A stretch of DNA of 47,017 bases from an uncultured Planctomycetota bacterium (GTDB lineage Bacteria > Planctomycetota > Planctomycetia > Pirellulales > Lacipirellulaceae). The position numbers were made by a program, and so were the translations under genes. Below the pieces are notes generated by a model. The model ran no database searches. It was not told the origin of the DNA and saw nothing but the letters and a program-made list of their open reading frames with translations. Numbering within the stretch: the stretch's first letter is position 1; every line of letters begins with the position of its first letter. Location: positions 1-47,017 of the forward strand of contig CAVRBU010000007.1 of assembly GCA_963719315.1 (NCBI GenBank). Reading direction: 5' to 3'. This document shows positions 32,386 through 41,500 of this stretch, one piece after another.

Positions 32386-33114
32386 TCACTTCTGCTGCGG
32401 TTGTTGAAATAACGAAAAGTACGCGTCACTACCCCTGCTCGGATCGAGTTGTAGGAAATGCGTGAGTGTCGCCTGCAAGCTATCGCGTAAGTGGTCTTTC
32501 ATCCAATGCTGCGCTTCCTTAATATTCCCTCGTCGAGCACAACGCAATATGCGACGATGGTAGCGATAGGCGCGGATGATCGTGGGCAAACTGTGGTCAG
32601 GACGCCCAGCTCCGCAACTTCGGATTTGGGCGCGGGCGTCAGTCACGAGTTTGACTACTCTTTCGTTACCTGCCGAATTGAGAAACACCATGTGGAAGGA
32701 CATATCGGCGGTGAGAAACCGATTCAATTGATCGTCATCCATCGCTGTGGCTCCGGCGTGCTTCACCTCACGGCCGATATCGAGTATCTGCTGGCAGTAG
32801 GCCAGTCCCGACTGGTAAGCCGAGTCCGAGAGATTGTCTTCCGATGCGACCAGCGCAAACGTCTCGAGTGCCGCCCGCAACTGGAACAATTCGATGATGT
32901 CGCGATACTCGGGCTGCCTTACGATCGTGCCGAAGCGGGGAACCTGATCTACCAACCCGGCAGCTTGCAAGTGCTTGATTGCCTCGCGCACAGGAGTACG
33001 GCTGATCCCGATTTCACTCGCCAGTGCGGCTTCGGAAATCACATCGCCAGCCCGCAACTCGCCGGTCAGTATTCGGTTGTGAATGTGTTGATAAGCCATT
33101 TCGCGTAATGACAT
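32386..33114 (-). CDS. GntR family regulator (FCD domain)
   Basis: SEAALASEIGISRTPVREAI, ELFQLRAALE, DMSFH. Confidence 0.93.
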   Translation of the reverse strand: MSLREMAYQHIHNRILTGELRAGDVISEAALASEIGISRTPVREAIKHLQAAGLVDQVPRFGTIVRQPEYRDIIELFQLRAALETFALVASEDNLSDSAYQSGLAYCQQILDIGREVKHAGATAMDDDQLNRFLTADMSFHMVFLNSAGNERVVKLVTDARAQIRSCGAGRPDHSLPTIIRAYRYHRRILRCARRGNIKEAQHWMKDHLRDSLQATLTHFLQLDPSRGSDAYFSLFQQPQQK

Positions 33115-33138
33115 GGGCTGCTCCCTAAACGAATTTAA

Positions 33139-35306
33139 CTATCCAGCCAGCAAACGGCGCTCACGAGCGCTCGTCAGCAAAAATAGACTGCTGCACAAAC
33201 TTCCTCCCCCGAATAATGCAATCGAGAGAGGTTCAGGAACGCTGTCCGCATTCAACAAATTGTTCTTCTCTCCTAAGTGTCGTCTCCAAATGTTGTAATC
33301 GGCTTGATTCACTGTTCCGCTTCCATCGCCGTCGGCAGCGAGATTAGTATCAGAGCCGAGCGACTTGCGCCAAACAATGTAGTCCGCCGCATCTACTTGC
33401 CCGTCCCTGTTGTAGTCGCCAGGAATCGAACCGAGCTGGCGGATGGCAACCTGGTCGACTACAAAGCTGCCCCCGCTGTTCTGCGCGTAAACGCTACGCT
33501 GGATATGCTGCTTCCTTCTCCGGGCGAACCGCCAAACCAATTGCTGGCGGTGCCACTGAATAGCAGTTCGGTCGAGTTGGCTTCGCTTAAGAACACCGTG
33601 TACTCGGGCGAGTCGCTCGAATAATCGCCCCTCAGCACAAGGCGATGGACATTGAGCGTATCCAGCGGATCGCTGAAGTCTCCATCGCCGTTAGCGTCCA
33701 CGGAAAACTCCACGAGATTGGCCAGATTCGGGATATCGACCCACGTCGTGGGTCCAGAGGTCACCGTCTGCATCGTGCCGTCGCCATTGACGCGGAGATT
33801 GAGATTTCCATTCCCAACGGAGTTTTGCAGGATAATGTTGAGCCCGCGATCATCGCCATTTCCAGGATCTTCCATCGCAAACAGCAAGTCGAGTTCCCAC
33901 TTTGGCCCCGGCGAAGAGACGACATTTTGCATAATCCGGGCGCCACCCTCCGATTGCTTCGCCAGGAATACGGCGGCACCGGAACCACCCAGCCCGGCGT
34001 GCAACGTCGGAGTCGGCCTCACGATAGTCCAATTCTTCGGAAATGTTCCCGAGGTGTCCTCGAAATCGCCGTTGAGTAAGCCCCGATATGGTTGCGGTTC
34101 CGGAACGTAGTTAAAAATATCGCCGATCGAATCGAGCGGCATGCGAAACAGCTCGATCGAAGTCTTGTTTCGTGAGAAGGCGACATAGATGTTGCCGTCT
34201 TGTTCAATGGCATGCGGATACTGAAATGTCCCGTCACCGGGTATATCGAGCCGCGCCATCTGCGTGTAAACCAATCCATCCTGGGATATCGACAAGGTGA
34301 GCGGATTGCGGCCCGCAGGGTTCGCGTTGCTGATGAGAATGTAATACCCATTACTGGTCTTCAGGTCGTAAAACTTGGCGGTCGCATCGGGAAAGTTCGT
34401 GGGTGTGGGCTGGCTCCACGACTGGCCGCTGTCGCTGCTAAAGGAGCGATAGAGCCTCTTCGACCCCGAATTGTCGCGATAGAGACTAACCAAGTTGCCA
34501 TCCGGAAGCTCGTAAAAATCTGGCTCTTCCAGGCTCGCCCCGTTTGCGGCGACGGGGATCGGTGAATTCTCCCAGTCGTCGATTGAGTCCACGCCCCCAA
34601 TGAGCCACGTGCGATCATTGGGGTCGGTCTTATAATTGTTGCCCCGACGCGACATCATCCAGTCTCCCGTAGGCAAGAGCTTTGGTTCGAAATTGTTGAT
34701 GGTGTCGTCGGCGATGGCCACCCCCGGACCCCATTGCTCGGCGACGGAATCCCACTGAAAGGCGCGGAGTTCCAAATTGGCACCAAAGTATCCGCCCGCT
34801 TCATCGTGCGACGCTAGCGCATACAGCTCTCCGTCGCGTTGCCAAAAACCGCGAGCAATGTATCGAAAGCCAGGTTGATCGGATGGCCCTACGACGATTT
34901 CCTCGGCACTCCAATTCACGCCATCGGTACTCGTCACATACCGCACGTGTTGCGTCGGTTTGTCTTCGATCGTAGGACCATGGCTCCACATCATCCAGAA
35001 TTTGTCGTCGTAGTACGTCATGTAATTGTGCAGGCGAAACTGCCAGATAGGATCGCCTTGCGAAATGACAGAATGAACGCCGCTAAGCACCGGCAATGCA
35101 TCGTAGTTAATCGCAGTCGGATCAGTTCCCGTGCCGGGCAGGTCGAGCATCAGCCCCGAGGAAGGATTGGTGATCGGATTGGGATAACCGCCAAAATCAT
35201 CGGCAATGCCCGCTACCGCGAAAGCAAGTGCGACAGCAATGCCGAGGAACCCACTGGGGCATTTCATGCCAGGGTGCACCCACAGTTCGATCAATTTCTT
35301 CATCAC
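33139..35306 (-). CDS. Sialidase-like BNR domain plus CBM-like domain plus dockerin-like module plus PEP-CTERM (frameshift near 33490)
   Basis: STDGVNWS, SSDSGQSWS, FQYP; LLNGDFED domain; C-terminal GDYNRDGQVDAADY and VPEP in ORF 33139..33540. Confidence 0.82.
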
Positions 35307-35377
35307 CTCTCCGCCATTTCAAAACGGTTGCGCCTTGCATGCCAAGGCGCGACCGCTCGTGCCCCGTTCCAAGGCCG

Positions 35378-36163
35378 TTACCAACGTCGTCGCGTCGCCA
35401 GCGCCGCCAAGCCACATGCCAGCAGTACGACCGACGCCGGTTCTGGGACGCCCGTCACTTGAAGATTATCCATCCGCACACTGGGGAAGGTACCGCCGGG
35501 GATGGTCTCCGACCCGTCATTCGACCACGTACCCCGCAACTTCACGTCGGCTGTATCCTGCAGCGCTCCGATTCCCGATAGGTCGAGCGTAAATTCGTTG
35601 TACGCATTGTCGCGGTTGAGATTAAATATTTGAATGGTATTGAATCCGCCACCGCCCGCGGCCCATTCCATCGTCAATTGCGTCGGCCCGAGCAATGTGT
35701 CTCCCTGAAACACGGAATCGGTGAGCCGATAATCGAACCGCAATCTCAGATTGTGGTAGCCGACAGTATTCAGCTCGAGCAACCAAGTATCGCTCGGATC
35801 GAGGGAGGTATTAAGGATTCCAGCCGTCCAAGCGGCAGCTTGACCGGACGCATGAAGTGTCCCCTCCTCGTCCGCAAAACTCGTTCCTCCCTGCCCGTTT
35901 AAGTCAGCCAGCAACCCACTATCCTCCACGAGAGTCAGCATGGGCGTGCCCACCGCGTTGTCGATTGTTGCCGCCGTCGTGCCGTTGTTGTTAGCCGTCA
36001 TGTCGTTGAAGTTAAAAAGCGAGATGATTGTCGCTTGCGAATCTTTCGCTAAAAAGTTCATTCCTGCGAACCCAATCAGGGTGGCCGTGAAACAGAGTTT
36101 TCGGAATGGATTGCTATGTCCGGAACCAACCCTCGAACTCCTATCATGCAATTTCAAACCCAT
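35378..36163 (-). CDS. PEP-CTERM protein of unknown function
   Basis: Signal peptide SQA-TIISLFNF; RMDNLQVTG-VPEPASVVLLACGLAALATRRRW. Confidence 0.88.
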   Translation of the reverse strand: MGLKLHDRSSRVGSGHSNPFRKLCFTATLIGFAGMNFLAKDSQATIISLFNFNDMTANNNGTTAATIDNAVGTPMLTLVEDSGLLADLNGQGGTSFADEEGTLHASGQAAAWTAGILNTSLDPSDTWLLELNTVGYHNLRLRFDYRLTDSVFQGDTLLGPTQLTMEWAAGGGGFNTIQIFNLNRDNAYNEFTLDLSGIGALQDTADVKLRGTWSNDGSETIPGGTFPSVRMDNLQVTGVPEPASVVLLACGLAALATRRRW

Positions 36164-36369
36164 TAGTCAGTCTCCTCTTAGTTAGGTAATGATCAGACGA
36201 AGCCCTAATTGCCTCTCCCGTGGGGGTCCTATCATTCATTCCTCATTCCGACTGCCGGTAGATGCACGGCACGGTTGTGCCACTTCCCCCTCAATTCTCT
36301 TACTAGCCAGCCGCCCTCTTGCTTCGCATACTTGTCGTCCGCACAATTAAAAACCCACTGACGTACCCG

Positions 36370-36398
36370 TAGTATACTAATAGTTCGTCACGCCGCAA
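36370..36398 (-). promoter_or_regulatory. sigma70-like promoter overlapped by a palindromic GntR-type operator
   Basis: Minus strand TTGCGG-N16-TATACT; perfect palindrome TAGTATACTA at 36370-36379, upstream of the cluster. Confidence 0.55.
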
Positions 36399-36634
36399 GC
36401 AATTTTTCCGAAAAATCTTTTGCCTTTAATTCGAGCGAGGTCTGCTTCGATTTCAACCGCCATCCATCGATATCGAACAGCTTGTGACGAATCGGAGTCG
36501 GCGGGCTGCCGCATCGCCGCTTGAGGCCGCTCTTGGGCAAGGCCTCATGGCAAAATTTGCGAGATTAAGCGATGATCGCCGTCTGCCGCATACGAGGACC
36601 TACCCGTACAAGTCTCGAACTGAAACAGAGCCAT

Positions 36635-36832
36635 CTACAGCGCCAAATTCCCCGGCGTCTCATAGATACTCCGCGTATCCTCCGTCCTGGCCGCCAGATC
36701 GAGCCCCATCTCGAGCGCCACGATCCCATCAATCCGCTCGCAGCTTTTCTTCTTGGACGGCTTCCAGTTGTCGGCCGCATCCTGTTCGATCGAAACATTG
36801 CCGGCCAACCGCGGCAGTACCAGGTGTGCGCC
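36635..36832 (-). pseudogene. C-terminal remnant of a second, non-GpA (Terminase_1-like) terminase large subunit
   Basis: A frame missing from the ORF track reads GAHLVLPRLAGNVSIEQDAADNWKPSKKKSCERIDGIVALEMGL...SIYETPG. Also present at ~5520-5703. Confidence 0.7.
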
Positions 36833-37404
36833 ACCTAAACCTTCTTCCCTTCAGCCAGCGCCTTCCACTCCGCCGCCGTCCGCACCACCGTCCGCCGCTT
36901 TACCACGGTCGCTTGCGTCCCCGGCAACACCGCGCCCAAGATTGAAGCCGCCACCGCGCACCCCACGATCCCGTCCCACCAATGGTTGTCCGTCCGCTCG
37001 GGCCGCTGCTTCCACTCATCGACCACCCTGCCCCGCCCCTCCGTCTTCACGCGATACTCCGAGAGGAGATGCTCGATCAAGAGCCGATGCGCATCGGCCC
37101 GTTCCCCGAACAACGAAAGCCCGCCCGGGTCACCCATGGCCACGGCCAGCCGCGCATAGATAAATGACTTCCAGAAGTTGGCATCGAACAAGACGTGCCG
37201 AATGGCTCGTTTCCCTTGAACGCTTGGCATCCGCCAATTGTGGCCGACCTGCTCACCGGGTTTGCGCTTGTATTCCGAGAACGGCAGGCTCGACGCGCCC
37301 ACGAACCGCCCGTGACAGGGCGTGAGGATACTGGCATACGTGGATTGCCGGCAGAATTCGTAGACGGTGTCCGTCGAGTTGCCCCAGTTGGCATCGATGA
37401 GGCA
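36692..37404 (-). repeat. Direct repeat copy B of 5562..6273
   Basis: Manual alignment. Confidence 0.95.
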
Positions 37405-39120
37405 CTTTGCGATCCGCATCGCAGCGCCATCCTCACGGTGCCACTCGCGACCTAATACCTCCTTGGTGAGCGCATCAAGGCCCGCATAGATTGAGCCTTC
37501 GAGGCCGGTAACGCCAGATACCTGCGACAGCGTCCGCCGCGCATCCCGGAGCGTAAAATACGCCCGCTGCTGGTCGGGCCAGGTACCATAATCCAGCACG
37601 TAGCCGCTAAAATCCTTTTCCCAGCCCGCCACGACGTAATACAGGAGCGTGGCCTGGATGTCGATGAACATCGTCAGGTACTCAACCTTGATCGGCGCTG
37701 TGCCTCGATCCAGCTTGTTCAAGCGCGCCGCGATCTGGTCGGCCGTAAGGTCATCGGTCCCCAGCCCGGCCGCCGGCAACGGTTCATTTTGGTATTCGGC
37801 AAAGAACGCCGCTTCATCCCGCAGCCGGAGATTCATCGCATGCTGCAGTGCGGAGAGCTCATCCGGATTGTGCCGCTCGGGCCAAGCCACGTTGGCCCCC
37901 TTATCCATCGCCGACTGATTAACGCGATAGAACTCGGTGGCTTCTTCACCGTGTTTGCCGGCCCGCAAACTGTCGCCTCGTAGTTCGGCATACTGCTGCC
38001 AGAGCTTTTCGTTCTCCGGGAACGAATAGACCATCTTGGTCCGCTCGCCATTCCATTCCGGATGGAGATCCCGATCGAGGATGTTGTCCGCCATGTCGGC
38101 CGGCCGAATGACCGTACAGGGCATAATGCCGCTGATCTTCTGGCCGGGGCCGGCCAGGCCCAAGACAGCGCCAGCCAGGATGCTTTCGCGGTTGGCGCAC
38201 TGAGAGAGCGACCGGGCCGATTCATCGGTTTGGGGGTCGTCGAGAACAACCAAAGATGGCCGCACGGCCTGGCCGTCCGAGCGCTTGTACTTCATGCCAC
38301 GGATGCCGCCCGTGATCCCGGCCACGCGGATGATCGCGCCCGAGGCGACGGACGAGGGGATCGTGGGCAGAATGATCTCGCGGGCCGTCCAGCCGATGTG
38401 GGTCCGCTGGCCCTGATACAACTGGCCGTTACAACGGTTGGCGATCCCGTCCAGCCGCTGGATAGGATAGACGACCTCGGGAAAATCCTCCAACAACAGG
38501 TCGTTCTGCCCCAGGTCCATCTTGATCGAATCGAGCATCTCCATCGCATGCGCTTCGTCCGAGCCGATGAGACACACGAACTCGTGGTGGCCGTTGAGGA
38601 CGGCCCAGTTGCAGGCGCACTCGCAGATGCTGGTCTTGCCGCTGCCGCGGGGCATGGCCATCGCAAACAGGCCGCCCCTTAAAACGGCCTCCTCGATCTT
38701 GGCGATGACCTTCAGGTGGTCGGGCGACCAGCTGAGGTGGAACGTCTCCGGAAAGTACTGCTCACAGAAGAAGCGGAAGTCGAGTGCCGCATGCTCTTTC
38801 CGCTCCGGGTTCACCACGGCCGGCAGTTCGCCGATGTCGCGGCCGGCGAGCGCGAGCGCCACGTTTCGTGCGCGGGCCCGAACTTTGAGTTTTTCGTAGG
38901 GATCACCGTCCGGCTCGGCCTTGGGCGTATGCCGCCGCTGGACCAGCCAGGAGACGTACCGCACCAGGTCTACGTGCCGGCCATCACCATCGCCGATGCG
39001 TAGTCCGGCGCTCGTGCGATGCCGGTGGAGCTGGCGCTCGTTGATCACCTCGCCCAGCGGCGTCGAATTCAGCATCCGGCACAGATCGCTCGGGCGAAGT
39101 TTACGGGCGTCAGCGACCAC
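36835..39120 (-). CDS. Phage terminase large subunit, GpA family, with N-terminal HTH-like extension
   Basis: MPRGSGKT (Walker A), VVLDDPQT (Walker B), FFAEYQNEP, FIDIQ, LIDANWG, DNHWWD; GGGAG RBS before GTG 39120. Confidence 0.9.
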   Translation of the reverse strand: MVADARKLRPSDLCRMLNSTPLGEVINERQLHRHRTSAGLRIGDGDGRHVDLVRYVSWLVQRRHTPKAEPDGDPYEKLKVRARARNVALALAGRDIGELPAVVNPERKEHAALDFRFFCEQYFPETFHLSWSPDHLKVIAKIEEAVLRGGLFAMAMPRGSGKTSICECACNWAVLNGHHEFVCLIGSDEAHAMEMLDSIKMDLGQNDLLLEDFPEVVYPIQRLDGIANRCNGQLYQGQRTHIGWTAREIILPTIPSSVASGAIIRVAGITGGIRGMKYKRSDGQAVRPSLVVLDDPQTDESARSLSQCANRESILAGAVLGLAGPGQKISGIMPCTVIRPADMADNILDRDLHPEWNGERTKMVYSFPENEKLWQQYAELRGDSLRAGKHGEEATEFYRVNQSAMDKGANVAWPERHNPDELSALQHAMNLRLRDEAAFFAEYQNEPLPAAGLGTDDLTADQIAARLNKLDRGTAPIKVEYLTMFIDIQATLLYYVVAGWEKDFSGYVLDYGTWPDQQRAYFTLRDARRTLSQVSGVTGLEGSIYAGLDALTKEVLGREWHREDGAAMRIAKCLIDANWGNSTDTVYEFCRQSTYASILTPCHGRFVGASSLPFSEYKRKPGEQVGHNWRMPSVQGKRAIRHVLFDANFWKSFIYARLAVAMGDPGGLSLFGERADAHRLLIEHLLSEYRVKTEGRGRVVDEWKQRPERTDNHWWDGIVGCAVAASILGAVLPGTQATVVKRRTVVRTAAEWKALAEGKKV

Positions 39121-39322
39121 GCGCAATCTCCCGCACCAGCCAGGCTGCGTAGTGAACCAGGTTGAGTGTGCCGTCGGCGTTCACGGGCGCGCCGGCCGCC
39201 ACATCCGTCTCCAGCTTGGCCACATCGATCGTGGTGCCGGCGGCGGCCGAGAAGACGCGGGCAGCGTCGGCCAGGGCAATGGCCTGCGGATTGAGCGGAG
39301 ATTTGGCGGTTTCGGCCACCAT
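39110..39322 (-). CDS. Small HTH protein, probable terminase small subunit
   Basis: Overlaps the start of the large subunit; GAPVNADGTLNLVHYAAWL. Confidence 0.65.
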   Translation of the reverse strand: MVAETAKSPLNPQAIALADAARVFSAAAGTTIDVAKLETDVAAGAPVNADGTLNLVHYAAWLVREIARGR

Positions 39323-39460
39323 GTTTTTTAGGCTCGCCTAACTTTCGAGAATCTGTTGGGAATCCGCTGGATGTTCTCCCCGACCCGAGGTAACTGATGT
39401 CCTGTCGCGTTGCGATGGTCGCAGCGCGACAGATGTTCCTCGAACGCAGGAGATTGCACG

Positions 39461-39811
39461 ATGGCTACGAAGAAGAAAACCACGACCAAGAAGCCGGCCA
39501 CCAAAAAAGCAACGCCCAAGAAAGCGGGCGCCAAGACCGGGACCAAGAAGCCCGCGGCCAAAACCGCGAAGCCGAAAAAGACGAGCGCCCTGGACGCGGC
39601 GGCCAAGGTGCTGGGCGAATCGAAGGAGCCGCTTACCACCAAGGAGATGATCGACGCGATGCAATCGAAGGGCTATTGGAAAAGCCCCGGTGGCAAGACG
39701 CCCGACCGAACGCTGTACTCGGCGATTCTCCGGGAGATTGTGGTGAAGAAGGCCGAGTCGCGGTTCGCCAAGACCGAGCGGGGCAAGTTCACGCTCAAGA
39801 AGAAAGGCTGA
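39461..39811 (+). CDS. Lys-rich N-terminus plus HARE-type winged-helix protein
   Basis: [52 protein letters not shown]. Confidence 0.85.
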   Translation: MATKKKTTTKKPATKKATPKKAGAKTGTKKPAAKTAKPKKTSALDAAAKVLGESKEPLTTKEMIDAMQSKGYWKSPGGKTPDRTLYSAILREIVVKKAESRFAKTERGKFTLKKKG

Positions 39812-39814
39812 ACC

Positions 39815-40006
39815 ATGTTTCGGATTGTCTTCGAAGGCGGTCTCATGATGGTCATGGACGACCAGAACCAGGGATACGATTGCCTGGACCTCGACGGCTG
39901 CACGCTCGAGGCGGCTAGCGCGCAGATCGACGGCTGGGCCCGCCAATACGCGTTCGACGTCGAGGCGGCCCAGCGCGAATTGGCCGAGTACTACCCGCAA
40001 CGGTAA
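39815..40006 (+). CDS. Hypothetical acidic protein
   Basis: ATG 3 nt after the upstream stop; followed by a terminator hairpin. Confidence 0.65.
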   Translation: MFRIVFEGGLMMVMDDQNQGYDCLDLDGCTLEAASAQIDGWARQYAFDVEAAQRELAEYYPQR

Positions 40007-40034
40007 TCCGTGAAAATCCAACGTTCGTTCCCAC

Positions 40035-40059
40035 ACGGCCCCGTCCTGGGGCCGTTTCT
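40035..40059 (+). terminator. Hairpin terminator
   Basis: ACGGCCCC-GTCCT-GGGGCCGT-TTCT. Confidence 0.6.
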
Positions 40060-40309
40060 CGTGGCGGCGGACGTTGGCCAATGGAGGCCGCCGGCCGCGA
40101 CACGGGCCAACGTGGGCGCACAGGCGGGGGAATCGGCCCGGTTGGCAAGGGGTCGGCGCGTTGGAATGGCTCGTGCCGTGGTCACCATTGGGTGGACAGA
40201 AATAATCTTTCCGGTTTGGCGATCGGCGCTTGATGTTTCCGCCAACCCATGGCTGAATGTGGGTGTTGTTTACGGGTAACACCGAACACCGTCCCTGGGA
40301 GATGAAACC

Positions 40310-40519
40310 ATGATCGCGATTCCAACCAACGACTTTGTGCCGGGCGGCACCCACGTGCTGAACACAACCGATGGCGAACCGGGCCACGTCATGAACGGTT
40401 TCTCGTTCGACCCCGAACTCGGTGGTTGGTACGAGTACGAGGTCGAGACCGCCTACGGCATCGAACGCTGGCTGCGGAAAGACTTCGTGTTGATGAGCGA
40501 GTTGGAACCGACCACCTAA
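40310..40519 (+). CDS. Hypothetical phage protein
   Basis: GGGAG RBS; first of three tightly spaced ORFs. Confidence 0.7.
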   Translation: MIAIPTNDFVPGGTHVLNTTDGEPGHVMNGFSFDPELGGWYEYEVETAYGIERWLRKDFVLMSELEPTT

Positions 40520-40534
40520 CCAGGAGAACACTAC

Positions 40535-40759
40535 ATGGACATCACGTATCAATCGATTGAATGCGAATCGATGGGCGACGCCCTGCAATGGGCCGACGCC
40601 AGCGGCCAAGGCGAAGCGGTCCTGATCGGCGGCGAGCCGATGGTCGTGCCGCAGGCCGATTGCTACCGACTTGAAGAGGCCGGCATCGAGTTCGCCTACC
40701 TCCACAACCACCAGTTGCCCGACGGCTCGTACCGCATCGTCACGGTTCCGGTGAACTGA
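40535..40759 (+). CDS. Hypothetical phage protein
   Basis: AGGAG RBS; operon spacing. Confidence 0.75.
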   Translation: MDITYQSIECESMGDALQWADASGQGEAVLIGGEPMVVPQADCYRLEEAGIEFAYLHNHQLPDGSYRIVTVPVN

Positions 40760-40780
40760 AAACACAAAAGGACAACGAGC

Positions 40781-41032
40781 ATGACCACGAAAACCTATCC
40801 GAACGAAACAGCGCTCCGCGACATATTCGGCCGCATGAACGCTGACGATGCTCAGCGGATTCGGATCGCCTACTATAAGGCGGTCGAAGGATTGAGATCG
40901 CTCGCCGACGCCCTGGAAACGGCCGACCTGGAAATGGGTGGCCCAGCCGACCACCTTTTGATCGGCGAGCACCTCGTGGCTTGCCAAGCGATCGCGGCAA
41001 TGGACCAGAGCGAACTTGGGCGCGTTCTGTAA
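40781..41032 (+). CDS. Hypothetical phage protein
   Basis: AAGGA RBS; operon spacing. Confidence 0.7.
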   Translation: MTTKTYPNETALRDIFGRMNADDAQRIRIAYYKAVEGLRSLADALETADLEMGGPADHLLIGEHLVACQAIAAMDQSELGRVL

Positions 41033-41035
41033 CAT

Positions 41036-41500
41036 TCACACCACCTCAATAACTCCGGCAAGCGCCGGAGTTTTCTCGTTGGCCGCGTTCCGCTCGGCTT
41101 CGGCTCTCTGCTTCACCCGCCGTTTTCGTTTAGCCTCGATCGCCAGTTCGATCGTGCACCGCCGGCAAGTCACCATGACGCCTTTGCTGCCGGGATAAAC
41201 GTAATAGTCTGTGTCGATCCGCCGATACCAGCGGCACCGCCGACACTGCTTGAGCCAGGTATCGCCAAAGCGAATGCAGCCACTGTGGATGCGCTTATGG
41301 GCCAGACGGGTCACCAACTGCAGGTTCTCTATCCGATTGTCGAGCTTGTCGCCGTTTCGATGGTGAATCTCAAATCCCGGTGGGACCGGACCGTAGTGCG
41401 CCTCCCACACGAGCACGTGCTCGAACTTCATCCGCCGATCTTTCATGCGGATGCGGCGATATCCGAATTTGGTGATGGTACCTCGCGCCTGTCGTTTCAT
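41036..41500 (-). CDS. HNH endonuclease with C-terminal Cys motifs
   Basis: EHVLVWEAHYG, IHHRNGDKLDNRIENLQL; two CxxC motifs; ATGA overlap with the methylase stop. Confidence 0.88.
   Translation of the reverse strand: MKRQARGTITKFGYRRIRMKDRRMKFEHVLVWEAHYGPVPPGFEIHHRNGDKLDNRIENLQLVTRLAHKRIHSGCIRFGDTWLKQCRRCRWYRRIDTDYYVYPGSKGVMVTCRRCTIELAIEAKRKRRVKQRAEAERNAANEKTPALAGVIEVV

Noticed and set aside
34085..34115. YVPEPQP inside the sialidase as an internal PEP-CTERM
   Set aside because: No following hydrophobic helix or basic cluster; it is a Pro-rich linker.
39338..41035. 565-aa minus-strand ORF
   Set aside because: Antisense shadow of five + strand genes that have good RBSs; no recognisable motifs.
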